Shown piece by piece: positions 18,418-31,501 of a stretch of 64,000 bases of DNA (the stretch's first letter is position 1; the number at the start of each line of letters is the position of its first letter). Below the pieces are notes generated by a model, which ran no database searches, was not told where the DNA came from, and saw only the letters and a list, made by a program, of their open reading frames with translations. The DNA comes from an uncultured bacterium (GTDB taxonomy: Bacteria > Actinomycetota > Acidimicrobiia > Spongiisociales > UBA5794). Made by a program: the position numbers and the translations under genes. The stretch is taken from the NCBI GenBank assembly GCA_963801165.1, contig CAWDDT010000006.1:160001-224000 (forward strand), read 5' to 3'.

Positions 18418-20715
18418 TCAGGCTACGTCGCCGAATCCAAAACGCTTCCGGCCGCGTTCGACTCCCAGGCAAAGACCTCCGAGCCCGAGGAACATCATGC
18501 CGATCATGGCGATGCTACCGAGGTTCATACCCGTCACCGGCATGATCGCGATGATGCCGAAGTCGGCGTCGAGGAAGCTCTCGTCATCGAGGACGGTGAC
18601 CGTGTAGGTCCCGACGGTTGTCAGACCGTAGTTGTCTGGCAGCGTGGACTTGAGCACCTCGACGACGTACGTGCCGGCATCGAGACCCGAGAACAAGTAG
18701 CGTCCGTTGGCGTTGGTGACCTGGGTGAGCACCTCATTGGTCGCCTGGTTGGTCAGCCTGACGGTGACCCCGGCAACCGGATCCTCAGTGGAGTCCTGGA
18801 CCTTGTCCCCGTTGACGTCGTACCAGACGTAGTCGCCAATTGTCGAGGACGCTTGCACGATTGCGATCGAGGTGACGACAGCGTCGTCCCAGTCGTCGCC
18901 CTGCCCGTCACCGGGCACCGAGTCGGAGTCCTGCTCGTTCGCGGCGGTCACCTCGGCGACATTGGTGAAGACGCCGATGTCGTCAACGGTGACAACGAAA
19001 TCCATCGAAACGGAGTCCCCGACGGCGAGATTGCCGATGGTCCATACGCCGGTTGCAGAGTTGTAGGCGCCGCCCCCGTTGTCGGAGACATAGGTGAGAC
19101 CGGCAGGAAGGGTATCGGTCACCTCGACCCCGGTGGCATCATCCGGACCCTGGTTGACAACGCTGATCGTGAACGTCGTCTCGTCACCAACCTGCACCGC
19201 AGCCGGAGCGACATCCTTAGTCAACTCCAGATCAATGATCGCAGGGGGCTCCTCGGTTGCGACAACAACGGCGTCATCCCAGTCGTCGCCCTGCCCGTCA
19301 CCGGGCACCGAGTCAGAGTCCTGCTCGTTCGCCGCGGTCACCTCAGCAACATTGGTGAAGCTGCCAACCTGGTCAACCGTCACCACAAAGCCGAGCTGCA
19401 CCGAAGCACCAACGGCAAGATCACCAATGGTCCACACCCCGGTCGTCGAGTCATAGGCGCCGGCGCCATTATCAGAGACATAGGTGAGACCGGCAGGAAG
19501 CGTATCGGTCACCTCGACCCCGGTGGCATCATCCGGACCCTGGTTGACAACGCTGATCGTGAACGTCGTCTCGTCACCAACCTGCACCGCAGCCGGAGCG
19601 ACATCCTTAGTCAACTCCAGATCAATGATCGCAGGGGGCTCCTCGGTTGCGACAACAACGGCGTCATCCCAGTCGTCGCCCTGCCCGTCACCGGGCACCG
19701 AGTCAGAGTCCTGCTCGTTCGCCGCGGTCACCTCAGCAACATTGGTGAAGCTGCCAACCTGGTCAACCGTCACCACAAAGCCGAGCTGCACCGAAGCACC
19801 AACGGCAAGATCACCAATGGTCCACACCCCGGTCGTCGAGTCATAGGCGCCGGCGCCATTATCAGAGACATAGGTGAGACCGGCAGGAAGCGTATCGGTC
19901 ACCTCGACCCCGGTGGCATCATCCGGACCCTGGTTGACAACGCTGATCGTGAACGTCGTCTCGTCACCAACCTGCACCGCAGCCGGAGCGACATCCTTAG
20001 TCAACTCCAGATCAATGATCGGGGAGTCGGCGGTGATCCCGATGTTGTCGATCAGCCCTGAGCCGTTCAGGTCTACGACCATTCTGGCCACGCCCGAGAT
20101 TCCCGGCTCGACGACAGTGAAAGCGTTGTCCCCATTGTTCGGGATGGACAGCGTGGTCAGGAGTGCGTCTGCACTGTCGTAGAAGGATACGAACGCGACT
20201 TGGCCGGGATCCACATCGGCCGCGCTGAAGCGGTCAACGGTAACGACCCCGGGCCCCCAGGCGGAGAAGTCGAAGGAGAAGAGCGTGTTCGGGTTGCCGG
20301 CGTCGTCGGGATCGGAGGCATCTCCATCTTCGGTGATGATCAATCCTTGACCGAGCGAGGGCGCAAAGAGATCCGCATCCTGACCAGTGCACAATGTTGG
20401 GTCAAACCCAGGGTCGTTGAACGGCCCCGGCTGCCCGCCACACGTGGCATCGAAGATCATTGCCGAGTTCCCGGAGAGGTCCGGGTTGGTCCCGAACACC
20501 GACACGGTACCCAGGTTGGCTCCGCTCATCCCATGTCCGACCGACAGCGTCGACACGGTGTCGCCGGCGCTGAATCCGGCTTGAAAATCAATTACCGATG
20601 ATTGCTCGACTGCATCCGCCTGCGGGATACCTACGGTTCCCAGCAGAGCGGTGAGGAGCAACGTCAGCAGTATGGCCGCGGTTGCGCGGTTGCCACGTTT
20701 CGTCGCGTACGACAT
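18418..20715 (-). CDS. Secreted/cell-wall-anchored surface protein: signal peptide, 3 DUF11-like Ig repeats, SdrD/Cna-B-like domain, LPxTG-like (MPVTG) sorting signal
   Basis: N-terminal signal peptide; repeats DLELTK...VVNQGPDDATGVEVTDTLPAGL; IGDYVWYDVNGD...DFG; MPVTG followed by TM helix and basic tail. Confidence 0.85.
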   Translation of the reverse strand: MSYATKRGNRATAAILLTLLLTALLGTVGIPQADAVEQSSVIDFQAGFSAGDTVSTLSVGHGMSGANLGTVSVFGTNPDLSGNSAMIFDATCGGQPGPFNDPGFDPTLCTGQDADLFAPSLGQGLIITEDGDASDPDDAGNPNTLFSFDFSAWGPGVVTVDRFSAADVDPGQVAFVSFYDSADALLTTLSIPNNGDNAFTVVEPGISGVARMVVDLNGSGLIDNIGITADSPIIDLELTKDVAPAAVQVGDETTFTISVVNQGPDDATGVEVTDTLPAGLTYVSDNGAGAYDSTTGVWTIGDLAVGASVQLGFVVTVDQVGSFTNVAEVTAANEQDSDSVPGDGQGDDWDDAVVVATEEPPAIIDLELTKDVAPAAVQVGDETTFTISVVNQGPDDATGVEVTDTLPAGLTYVSDNGAGAYDSTTGVWTIGDLAVGASVQLGFVVTVDQVGSFTNVAEVTAANEQDSDSVPGDGQGDDWDDAVVVATEEPPAIIDLELTKDVAPAAVQVGDETTFTISVVNQGPDDATGVEVTDTLPAGLTYVSDNGGGAYNSATGVWTIGNLAVGDSVSMDFVVTVDDIGVFTNVAEVTAANEQDSDSVPGDGQGDDWDDAVVTSIAIVQASSTIGDYVWYDVNGDKVQDSTEDPVAGVTVRLTNQATNEVLTQVTNANGRYLFSGLDAGTYVVEVLKSTLPDNYGLTTVGTYTVTVLDDESFLDADFGIIAIMPVTGMNLGSIAMIGMMFLGLGGLCLGVERGRKRFGFGDVA
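18851..20020. repeat. Three tandem 390-bp units; 19112-20020 is perfectly periodic
   Basis: ATCAATGATC recurs at 19231, 19621 and 20011; 19241-19630 reads identical to 19631-20020. Confidence 0.95.
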
Positions 20716-21010
20716 CTCCAGCACGCCTTCCCTTGTTCGCCCAATACGCTGTCTTTCGGGGCCCACCCGTATTGACAGCCATTCCTATCCCCCCCCACTT
20801 AAAGTGGTGGAATCACTGCTTAGCGTATCGGAGATTTCTCCGCCCGATTGCTCTAGCTAGACCAGTGTACAGAATTGCGAGGATGGTTTGACTGATAGTG
20901 GACCAAAGAAGGGGTGGCGACGGCCCAGGACATGATTTGCATTCGTCCCGCAGTTGTGATTGGATACCGCCCGCACAGGTCGCCGACCCATGGCGGGACG
21001 GCGACCGATT

Positions 21011-21039
21011 TTGCCTGGCCGCTCTGGTCAGGCTAAGAT
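21011..21039 (+). promoter_or_regulatory. Candidate rrn promoter
   Basis: TTGCCT (21011-21016), 17-bp spacer, TAAGAT (21034-21039). Confidence 0.6.
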
Positions 21040-21077
21040 ACGAGGCCCCCCAAGTGCATGTGCGCGCGGGGATCCGG

Positions 21078-21103
21078 GCTCCTTGACAACTAAACAGCGT
21101 GTC
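21078..21103 (+). promoter_or_regulatory. BoxA-like element / 16S processing-stem 5' arm
   Basis: GCTCCTTGACAACTAAACAGCGTGTC; its 3' 14 nt are complementary to GACACGCTGTTTAG at 23038-23051 in the ITS. Confidence 0.7.
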
Positions 21104-21310
21104 AAAAGCCAGCATGCGCTTGGCTTGCTTCAGTCGCTTCGGCGACGGGAGTAGGGCAAGCGATGCAAATAACAATGTCATGCCACCATGGGGACCCCCG
21201 TCCTCGGCATGACATCCTTTGATGTTTGACTCCACAAGGCTTCTCATCTGGACCGGCTTCGGCCGGGACAGGTAGTCGAGAACCAAATGGAAGTTAGGCA
21301 AATCAAACTT

Positions 21311-22838
<1,528 letters not shown>

Positions 22839-23196
22839 AAGGAGCGCTTGAGAGGTCTTTCACGAAGACCTCGACGCTACTTGATGGATATGCTGGTTAC
22901 TCGGCCTATCTCGTCTGTTCACAGATTGCAGACGGTGCGCATCCCACAAGGATGCAATTGGCGGATTTCGCAAGAAATGCGCCGCGGTGCCCGCAAGGGC
23001 ACGCACGTACTGGTCTGTGGACCAGACGAATGGATCGGACACGCTGTTTAGTCGTGAAGGCGCCCGGTGTTCTGCACCGGGTTTGAGTTTCCCCACGGAA
23101 ACTCATCCCTTTGCGCAAACCCAACCTCAACTCGAGGTAGGGGACGCGCCGGATTTCCGAAAGGAAACCCGAACGTGCCGGCTTAGCCGGCACACA

Positions 23197-23224
23197 CGCT
23201 CTTTGAGAACTGCATAGCGAGCAC
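23197..23224 (+). promoter_or_regulatory. ITS BoxA / 23S processing-stem 5' arm
   Basis: CGCTCTTTGAGAACTGCATAGCGAGCAC is largely complementary to GTGCTCGCTATGGAGTGCTCAAAGAGCG (27867-27894). Confidence 0.75.
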
Positions 23225-24384
23225 AAAAGTCAAAGTATTCTATACAATCCAAGCTACAAAGGGTTGACGGTGGATGCCTTGGCGTCAGGAGCCGAAGAAG
23301 GACGTGGCAGGCTGCGAAAAGCCTCGATGAGCTGTCAAGCGAGCATTGAATCGGGGATGTCCGAATTGGGAAACCAGGCTGGGGTCATGCCCAGTCACTC
23401 TGGTCTGAACACATAGGGCCAGCAGAGGCAACCAGGGGAATTGAAACATCTCAGTACCCTGAGGAAAGGAAAGCAACAGCGACTCCCTCAGTAGCGGCGA
23501 GCGAAGCGGGAGCAGCCCAAACCGATATGGCGTGATAGCCCGGCGGCGTTGCCGTATCGGTGTTGTGGGACCTTCTGGCCGGCATGCCGGTGCCGGCAAA
23601 GAGTTACAAATCCTGGAGATAGTCGAAGCTGTCTGGAAAGCAGCGCCATAGGGGGTAACAGCCCCGTAGACGAAATCTCTCAGGACTCTTTGAAGTGTTC
23701 CCAAGTAGCACGGGGCCCGTGAAATCCCGTGTGAATCTGCGAGGACCACCTCGTAAGGCTAAGTACTTCCTGACGACCGATAGCGGACTAGTACCGTGAG
23801 GGAAAGGTGAAAAGCACCCCGGTGAGGGGAGTGAAATAGTACCTGAAACCGTCAACTTACAAGCAGTGGGAGGCTTCCATTTATGGGGGCTGACCGCCTG
23901 CCTTTTGAAGAATGAGCCGACGAGTTATCGATACGTGGCAAGGTTAAGCCGTGAGGTGTAGCCGCAGCGAAAGCGAGTCTGAATAGGGCGTCTAGTCGCG
24001 TGTCATAGACCCGAAGCCGAGTGATCTATCCATGGGCAGGGTGAAGCGAGGGTAAGACCTCGTGGAGGCCCGAACCCACCTAGGTTGAAAACTGGGGGGA
24101 TGACCTGTGGATAGGGGTGAAAGGCCAAGCAAACTCGGCGATAGCTGGTTCTCCCCGAAATAGCTTTAGGGCTAGCGTTGCATGTTCCACATTGGGGGTA
24201 GAGCACTGATTGGGTAAGGGGGCCAACAAGCTTACTGACCCCAGTCAAACTCCGAATCTCAATGTGCCAAGTGCAGCAGTCAGACCTTGGGGGATAAGCC
24301 TCATGGTCGAAAGGGAAACAGCCCAGACCGCCAGCTAAGGTTCCAAAGTCAGTACTAAGTGGGGAACGATGTGGAGTCGCCCAA

Positions 24385-24433
<49 letters not shown>

Positions 24434-25361
24434 CAGCTCACTGGTCGAGTGATTCCGCGCGGATGATGTAACGGAGCTCAAGTACTGCACCGAAGCTGCG
24501 GGATTCTGTCTTAACCCAGGCGTGATGCCTAGCGCATACACGTCCAGGGGGCAGGATCGGTAGGGGAGCGTCGAATGGCCAGCGAAGCGGCGGCGGAAGC
24601 CAGTCGTGGAGGCCATTCGAGTGAGAATGTCGGCATGAGTAGCGAATGAAGAGTGAGAATCTCTTCCGCCGGATGTCCAAGGGTTCCTGGGGAAGGCTCG
24701 TCCGCCCAGGGTTAGTCGGGACCTAAGGCGAGGCCGTAAGGCGTAGTCGATGGATAACGGGTTGATATTCCCGTACCGCTATACGCGCGCCCAGGCCGAA
24801 TCCAACTTGCTAAGGAAAGCCCTTCGGGGCCTACCGACCCAGTTGGTATTAGGCCAGCGATGGAGTGACGCAGGAGGGTAAGTGGACCCGGGCGTTGGTT
24901 GACCCGGGGCAAGTATGTAGGGCGAGGCCCAGGTAAATCCGGTCCTCATGAAGCCTGAGATACGATACCGAGCCGAACGAGGCGAAGCCACCGATCCCAT
25001 GCTGCCAAGAAAAGCTTCTAGCGAGCTCGTATGGCGCCCGTACCCCAAACCAACACAGGTGGACAGGTAGAGAATACTAAGGCGAGCGAGATAACTTTGG
25101 TTAAGGAATTCGGCAAAATAGATCCGTAACTTCGGGAGAAGGATCGCCCCGGTAGGGTGAAGGCCTTTACGGCCGGAGCCCGAGGGGGTTGCAGAAACCA
25201 GGCCCTAACGACTGTTTACTAAAAACACAGGAGCGTGCTAAGTCGCAAGACGCTGTATACGCTCTGACGCCTGCCCGGTGCTGGAAGGTTAAGGGGATCG
25301 GTTAGCTTCGGCGAAGCTGTGAACCTAAGCCCCAGTAAACGGCGGCCGTAACTATAACGGT

Positions 25362-26121
25362 TATTACCTAAATGGCCGTGGGTAAACCTTGCTATATGCT
25401 GGAACATCCGAGTATCCGACGGTACTCATTCGTGTCACATGCTGTTCATAGGCTCGTGACATGGTGAGTGACAATCCGTTCGGTGCGGACAATCAGCAGG
25501 AAACCAATCTCAGTGCACTCGATCCATCGTGGGTCGTCGGGTTCGTAGATGGCGAAGGATGCTTTTCAGTGTCCATCCACCACAACGAACATGCCCGACC
25601 GACCGGCGGCTGGCATGTCCAGCCGACCTTCCAGGTGTCACAACACCGGGATCACAGAGACATCCTCGAAGATCTTGTTCGATTCTTCGGATGCGGCAAA
25701 GTCCGCTCCAAAGGTAACAACAGTCAGGTGGATGTCTTCGTAGTGCACAGCTCGAGGCAACTGGTCGAGCGGGTAATCCCGTTCTTCGAGCTTCACGAGC
25801 TAAGAGTAAAGCGAGATGACTTTGAGTCATTCGCCTTCATCACGAGGGCGATTCGGGCGAAAAGTCATCACCGCCCGGATATCTTCACGGAAGTGGTGCA
25901 GCGTGCCTACTCGATGAATGCGAGAGGCAAGCAACGCAAACGACCGATGGACGAGATCCTGGGATCCTCAGAGACTACACGCGAGGTACCGCTAGATGGA
26001 TAGCGGGAAAGATATAGTCCGATCCCCATGGCGACATGGGGAGCCAGGCAGAAATGATCTGGCCACGTTCCGTGCGCACCACCGTCCGCGCACCGACATC
26101 CGGAACGTAGTAACAAGCATG
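25362..26121 (+). mobile_element. Group I intron at 23S position 1923 (760 nt, IB-like)
   Basis: 5' exon ends in U with U.G wobble to GCCGT (25375-25379); intron ends in G; core elements P ATATGCTGGAA (25394), Q AATCAGCAGG (25491), R TCAGAGACTAC (about 25968), S AAGATATAGTCC (26009); GNRA-capped P9. Confidence 0.92.
25461..26003 (+). CDS. LAGLIDADG homing endonuclease (single motif), intron L1923
   Basis: WVVGFVDGEGCF motif, FQVSQ, FFGCG, VIPFF, LRVKR; intact 180 aa. Confidence 0.92.
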   Translation: MVSDNPFGADNQQETNLSALDPSWVVGFVDGEGCFSVSIHHNEHARPTGGWHVQPTFQVSQHRDHRDILEDLVRFFGCGKVRSKGNNSQVDVFVVHSSRQLVERVIPFFELHELRVKRDDFESFAFITRAIRAKSHHRPDIFTEVVQRAYSMNARGKQRKRPMDEILGSSETTREVPLDG

Positions 26122-26901
<780 letters not shown>

Positions 26902-27207
26902 AAGTTCCGACCTGCACGAATGGCGTAACGATTTGGGCACTGTCTCAACCAAAGACTCGGCGAAATTGCAATGTGAGTAAAGATGCTCACTACCCGCGAC
27001 AGGACGGAAAGACCCCGGGACCTTTACTGCAGGTTGACATTGGGGTTTGTCATGTGATGTGTAGGATAGGTGGGAGGCTTTGAAGCGGCGGCGCTAGCTG
27101 TCGTGGAGCCAACCTTGAAATACCACCCTTCGCATGATAGGCCTCTAACCTCGATCCGTTATCCGGATCAGGGACAGTGTCTGCCGGGCAGTTTCACTGG
27201 GGTGGTG

Positions 27208-27249
<42 letters not shown>

Positions 27250-27478
27250 CTGGTCGGCAATCAGGCGGCGAGTGCAAGCGCACAAGGGAGCTTGACTGCG
27301 ACACCTACGAGTGAAGCAGGTACGAAAGTAGGGGCTAGTGATCCCTCGGCTGCATGTGGATGTGCCGAGGCCAACGGATAAAAGGTACCCCGGGGATAAC
27401 AGGCTCATACCGCCCAAGAGTCCATATCGACGGCGGTGTTTGGCACCTCGATGTCGGCTCGTCTCATCCTGGGGCTGA

Positions 27479-27515
<37 letters not shown>

Positions 27516-27534
27516 AGGCACGCGAGCTGGGTTT

Positions 27535-27566
<32 letters not shown>

Positions 27567-27903
27567 TCGCGGGCGCAGGAGATTTGAGGAGAGTTGTCCC
27601 TAGTACGAGAGGACCGGGATGAACGTACCTCTGGTGTGCCAGTTGTTCTGCCAAGAGCACGGCTGGTTTGCTACGTACGGAACGGATAAGCGCTGAAGGC
27701 ATCTAAGCGCGAAGCCGCCTCCAAGATGAGATCTCCCACCGGATCAAACCGGGTAAGGCCCCTGGTCAGAACACCAGGTTGATAGGCCGGAAGTGGAAGT
27801 GCAGTGATGCATGGAGCTGACCGGTACTAATAGGCCGAGGGCTTGAATTTGAATACCGCGACGATTGTGCTCGCTATGGAGTGCTCAAAGAGCGCTCAAA
27901 AGG

Positions 27904-28021
<118 letters not shown>

Positions 28022-28029
28022 ATAAACTA

Positions 28030-28067
28030 GAGTGAGGCCGCCCACATGTGGGCGGCCTCACTCATTT
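28030..28067 (+). terminator. rrn terminator hairpin
   Basis: Perfect 34-bp palindrome GAGTGAGGCCGCCCACATGTGGGCGGCCTCACTC followed by ATTT. Confidence 0.75.
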
Positions 28068-28081
28068 CCGGGAGATGCGCT

Positions 28082-28951
28082 GTGAGCGGTGCGCGAGATC
28101 GAAAACCGAGAAAGCAAACACCGCGGAGCGGAAGCGCCGCCGGCAAGAAGCCATACCGTGGGGCGTCCAAACGCGCCGAGACAGGCGACAAGAGCCGCAC
28201 CGGGAAGCGGGTAGGCACCGGGCGCTCGGGCCGTAAGTACGATTCGACAGACGGCAAGGCTGCGACACGCACAAACGAACCGGCGGCGAAGAAGAAGCTG
28301 CCGGCTTCCGCCTCGGGGCTGCCCCGTCACGTCGTCGAAGCCCTGCAACGAGTCACGCCACCCGCACGGCAGAATGCGGCGTTGGTCACATTGGCGGCGG
28401 CCGCCGAGGCGTTCACAGAGGGGCAGTACCACCTCGCGGCGCGCAAGGCCACAGAGGCCAAGGAGCTCTCGTCCCGGGACGCGACCATCCGTGAGGTGTT
28501 GGCCCTCGCCTCTTACCGAATTGGTGACTGGCAGACGGCTCTACGCGAGCTGCGCACCTATCGGCGGCTCAGCGGCGAGACCACGCACATGCCGGTAGAG
28601 ATGGACGTTTTGCGGGCTATGGGTCGCGGCGACGACGTTGCCGGGGTCTGGGATGAGTTTCACAAGCACGGTGGAAGCCCGGCGGCAACGAAGGAAGCGC
28701 GTGTCGTGTACGCCTCCTATCTCATCGACCAGGACGACCTCGGTGCCGCAGCCGATGTGATCGGAAAGGCAAGGGTTATTGATGATCCTTGGCCTGAGGA
28801 CATGCGACTCTGGTACGTCGAGGCAAGGCTTGCGGCCCTTCGCGGCAACCACAGACGCGCCCAGGAGCTGGCCGACGCCATCCTGCTCGAGGATCCATCC
28901 TTTCCCGGTCTCGATGAGCTGGATCGGCTCATCAACAGCGCTCGATCCTGA
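28082..28951 (+). CDS. Tetratricopeptide-repeat-like protein with basic disordered N-terminus
   Basis: IREVLALASYRIGDWQTALRELRTYRRLSG and MRLWY helical repeats; this type of gene commonly follows actinobacterial rrn operons. Confidence 0.75.
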   Translation: MSGARDRKPRKQTPRSGSAAGKKPYRGASKRAETGDKSRTGKRVGTGRSGRKYDSTDGKAATRTNEPAAKKKLPASASGLPRHVVEALQRVTPPARQNAALVTLAAAAEAFTEGQYHLAARKATEAKELSSRDATIREVLALASYRIGDWQTALRELRTYRRLSGETTHMPVEMDVLRAMGRGDDVAGVWDEFHKHGGSPAATKEARVVYASYLIDQDDLGAAADVIGKARVIDDPWPEDMRLWYVEARLAALRGNHRRAQELADAILLEDPSFPGLDELDRLINSARS

Positions 28952-29025
28952 GGCCCACCCCACTTCTTGTCACCGCCGTTCGATACGTTCGACTCATCCC
29001 GGCACTTCCCTGAAAGGAACGTGCA

Positions 29026-29400
29026 ATGAACATGAATCTCGTAGTCGTCGCCGGCAAGCTCGCCGCTCCTCCGGAACTGCGCGAGTTCGAATCGGGCTCC
29101 CGGATGCTGCGCTCGCTCGTTACGGTACGAAGCGACGCACCCCGCCGCCGTGTCGACGTACTCCCGATCACACTGTGGGACCCCGAAGCAGATCACGAGC
29201 TGATCGACGCTCCGGTCGGGAAGGGTGTATGGGTGGTCGGCTCCGTCCAGCGCCGTTTCTGGAGCGCCACCGAGGGACGCCGCAGTCGTTTGGAGATCGT
29301 GGCTCACCACATGGAACTGCGAAACGACGAGACCGTAGCGACGGCAGGTGACAGCGAGCCTCTCGTTGCTGCGGCCGGTGGTGAACGCCGCGTCGAGTAG
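29026..29400 (+). CDS. Short single-stranded DNA-binding (OB-fold) protein, secondary SSB paralogue without an acidic tip
   Basis: MNLVVVAGKLAAPPELREF...VWVVGSVQRRFW...RSRLEIVA. Confidence 0.75.
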   Translation: MNMNLVVVAGKLAAPPELREFESGSRMLRSLVTVRSDAPRRRVDVLPITLWDPEADHELIDAPVGKGVWVVGSVQRRFWSATEGRRSRLEIVAHHMELRNDETVATAGDSEPLVAAAGGERRVE

Positions 29401-29410
29401 GGTGCCTCGA

Positions 29411-30940
29411 ATGCGAAGAGTGTCTGTTGCCTCAGCGTCGCGCGTCGCCACAGATGCCGGTGCGGCCGTGGCCGACATCGGTGGTAACGCCGTCGATGCG
29501 GCCATCGGTGCTGCGATCTGCTCGATGGTCACCGAGCCCGGAATCATCGCCCCGGGGGCCGGTGGCTTCATCACCATCTGGCCCGACGGCTCCGACCCGG
29601 TCGTCATCGACTGCTACGCCGAGATGCCGGGGCGCGGGCTCCCACTCGACCGATTTGGCAGAGGCGGGCGGGAGGTGGAGCTCACCTACGGCGGTAGGAC
29701 CACGACCATTGTCGGCTACGGGTCGGTCGCCACGCCGGGTGCGTTCAAAGGGCTCCGGCTTGCCTGGGAACGCTACGGCGAGGCGCCGTGGCCGGAGCTG
29801 CTGGCACCGGCCATCAGCGCGGTGGATGCGGGCTTCCCTTTGTCTGCTCCTGCGGCCGAGTACCTGGGGCATTCCCACGAGCTCGTCTTCGGTTGGGACC
29901 CGCCGAGCTACGAGGTGGTGCACCATGACAACGGGCGACACCTCTCGGTGGGCGACACCGTGCATATACCGCATCTCGCGGACACTCTTCACACTCTGGC
30001 CACCGACGGGATCGAACCGCTGTATGGCGGTGCGTTGGCCGAGCAGATCGTGGCCGCCTCGGACGCACACGAAGGCATACTGACTGTGCGCGATCTCGCC
30101 GAATACGAGGCGGTTGTGCGCACGCCGATAATCGTCGAAGTCGACGACTGGACCATCGCCACCAACGCGGCGCCGGCGATCGGCGGTGCGACCATGGCCG
30201 CCATCCTCCTGCTCATGGGCGTAAACGGTTTCTCGGCGTGGGACGCCGAGAACGTAGCACGGTTGGTCGTGGTTCAGGATGCGGTACGCGAGTTTCGCCG
30301 CGCCCGTCTTGACGAGATCCACGACCGTGGATCCGAGGTGGCCCGACTCCTGGAGCTGGCCCGAATGGGCGACCTGAAGCAGATGCTCGAGTCCGGTTCG
30401 ACCTGTCATACCTCGACCGTCGACTCCGATGGCCTGGGCTGCGCCATCACGGTTTCCGCGGGCTACGGGTCGGGGGCGATGGTGCCCGGCACGGGTATGT
30501 GGCTCAACAACTCACTTGGTGAGGTCGAGCTACACAGCGGCGGATTCCATGCGCTCGCGCCCGGCACCCGTCTTGTCTCGAATATGGCTCCCACCGTCGC
30601 CCGATCCCGTCACGGTTCCATTCTCGCCATCGGCTCACCAGGCGCCTCCCGGATAACCACAGCGACGAGCAGCGTCCTGGTCAATTTCATCCATCTCGGC
30701 ATGTCGCTCACCGACTCGATCCTCCACCCCCGGCTCCATGTCGAGATGTTCAACGACTCGCCAACGGTCGCCCACGAGCCGGGGATCGACGTCTCCGAGG
30801 TGACGGGGTTCGAACTCCGCCGTTTCCCCGACATATCGATGTACTTTGGTGGAGTGCAGGCTGCGCTATGGGACCCGATCGCCGGGTTCTTCGAGATGGC
30901 TGATCCCCGCAGAGCCGGTGCCGTAGCCCAGGGAGGCTGA
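29411..30940 (+). CDS. ggt: Gamma-glutamyltransferase family protein
   Basis: GGNAVDAA, VATPG, STCHTSTVD (Ntn Thr), LNNSLG, SNMAPT, GSPGASRI, DPRR. Confidence 0.88.
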   Translation: MRRVSVASASRVATDAGAAVADIGGNAVDAAIGAAICSMVTEPGIIAPGAGGFITIWPDGSDPVVIDCYAEMPGRGLPLDRFGRGGREVELTYGGRTTTIVGYGSVATPGAFKGLRLAWERYGEAPWPELLAPAISAVDAGFPLSAPAAEYLGHSHELVFGWDPPSYEVVHHDNGRHLSVGDTVHIPHLADTLHTLATDGIEPLYGGALAEQIVAASDAHEGILTVRDLAEYEAVVRTPIIVEVDDWTIATNAAPAIGGATMAAILLLMGVNGFSAWDAENVARLVVVQDAVREFRRARLDEIHDRGSEVARLLELARMGDLKQMLESGSTCHTSTVDSDGLGCAITVSAGYGSGAMVPGTGMWLNNSLGEVELHSGGFHALAPGTRLVSNMAPTVARSRHGSILAIGSPGASRITTATSSVLVNFIHLGMSLTDSILHPRLHVEMFNDSPTVAHEPGIDVSEVTGFELRRFPDISMYFGGVQAALWDPIAGFFEMADPRRAGAVAQGG

Positions 30941-30946
30941 GCGACA

Positions 30947-31501
30947 ATGAACATCGACCCCGCCGATCTCATCAGAGTGGTCGCGGATCCGCTCCGGATG
31001 AGCATCCTGGGGCGGGCAGCCGAGGGGCGCGTCTCTCTCACTGAGCTTGCCGAGAGCTTCGACGTTCCCAAGAAGAAGGTCGTCCAGGCTCTCGGGAGCC
31101 TACGAGCAGCCGGTCTCATCGACGAGCAGTTGCGCCTCGTTGTTGAGGTTCTGCGTTCGGTTGCCGCCGAGCTTCCGACTCCACCCGAGGCCGCCGAGGC
31201 GATCACCCGAGGGCCGTGGAACGAGGCGGAACGCGATGTCCTGCGCCGTTTCTTCAGCGGCACGCGTCTCGTTGAGGTACCCACCAATAGATCAAAGCGG
31301 CATCTCATCCTGGAACGGCTGGCTCAAGAGTTCGAGCCCGGGCTCCGCTACGAAGAGAGCGCAGTCAGCTTCCGTCTCCAGCTGTTCCACCCCGACTACG
31401 CGGCGCTGCGTCGCTACCTCGTCGACGAGGGCTTCCTGACTAGGGCTGATGGCGTCTACTGGCGGACCGGGGGTAGGTACCCCGCCGGCGAGAGCCAATG
31501 A
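30947..31501 (+). CDS. ArsR-like HTH plus DUF2087-like protein
   Basis: ADPLRMSILG; FEPGLRYEE...HPDYAALRRYLVDEGFLTR..G.YWR. Confidence 0.8.
   Translation: MNIDPADLIRVVADPLRMSILGRAAEGRVSLTELAESFDVPKKKVVQALGSLRAAGLIDEQLRLVVEVLRSVAAELPTPPEAAEAITRGPWNEAERDVLRRFFSGTRLVEVPTNRSKRHLILERLAQEFEPGLRYEESAVSFRLQLFHPDYAALRRYLVDEGFLTRADGVYWRTGGRYPAGESQ

Noticed and set aside
22839-23246. Possible tRNA-Ile/Ala genes in the hairpin-rich ITS
   Set aside because: No cloverleaf or T-loop GTTCGA pattern seen; only short tetraloop hairpins and processing stems.
24500-24560. Somewhat extended variable helix (helix 45 region) as a possible IVS
   Set aside because: Short, no ORF, and cannot be distinguished from normal length variation.
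24780-24860. Extra sequence in 23S domain III as a possible intron or IVS
   Set aside because: Matches the position of the known actinobacterial domain III insertion and has no splicing elements.
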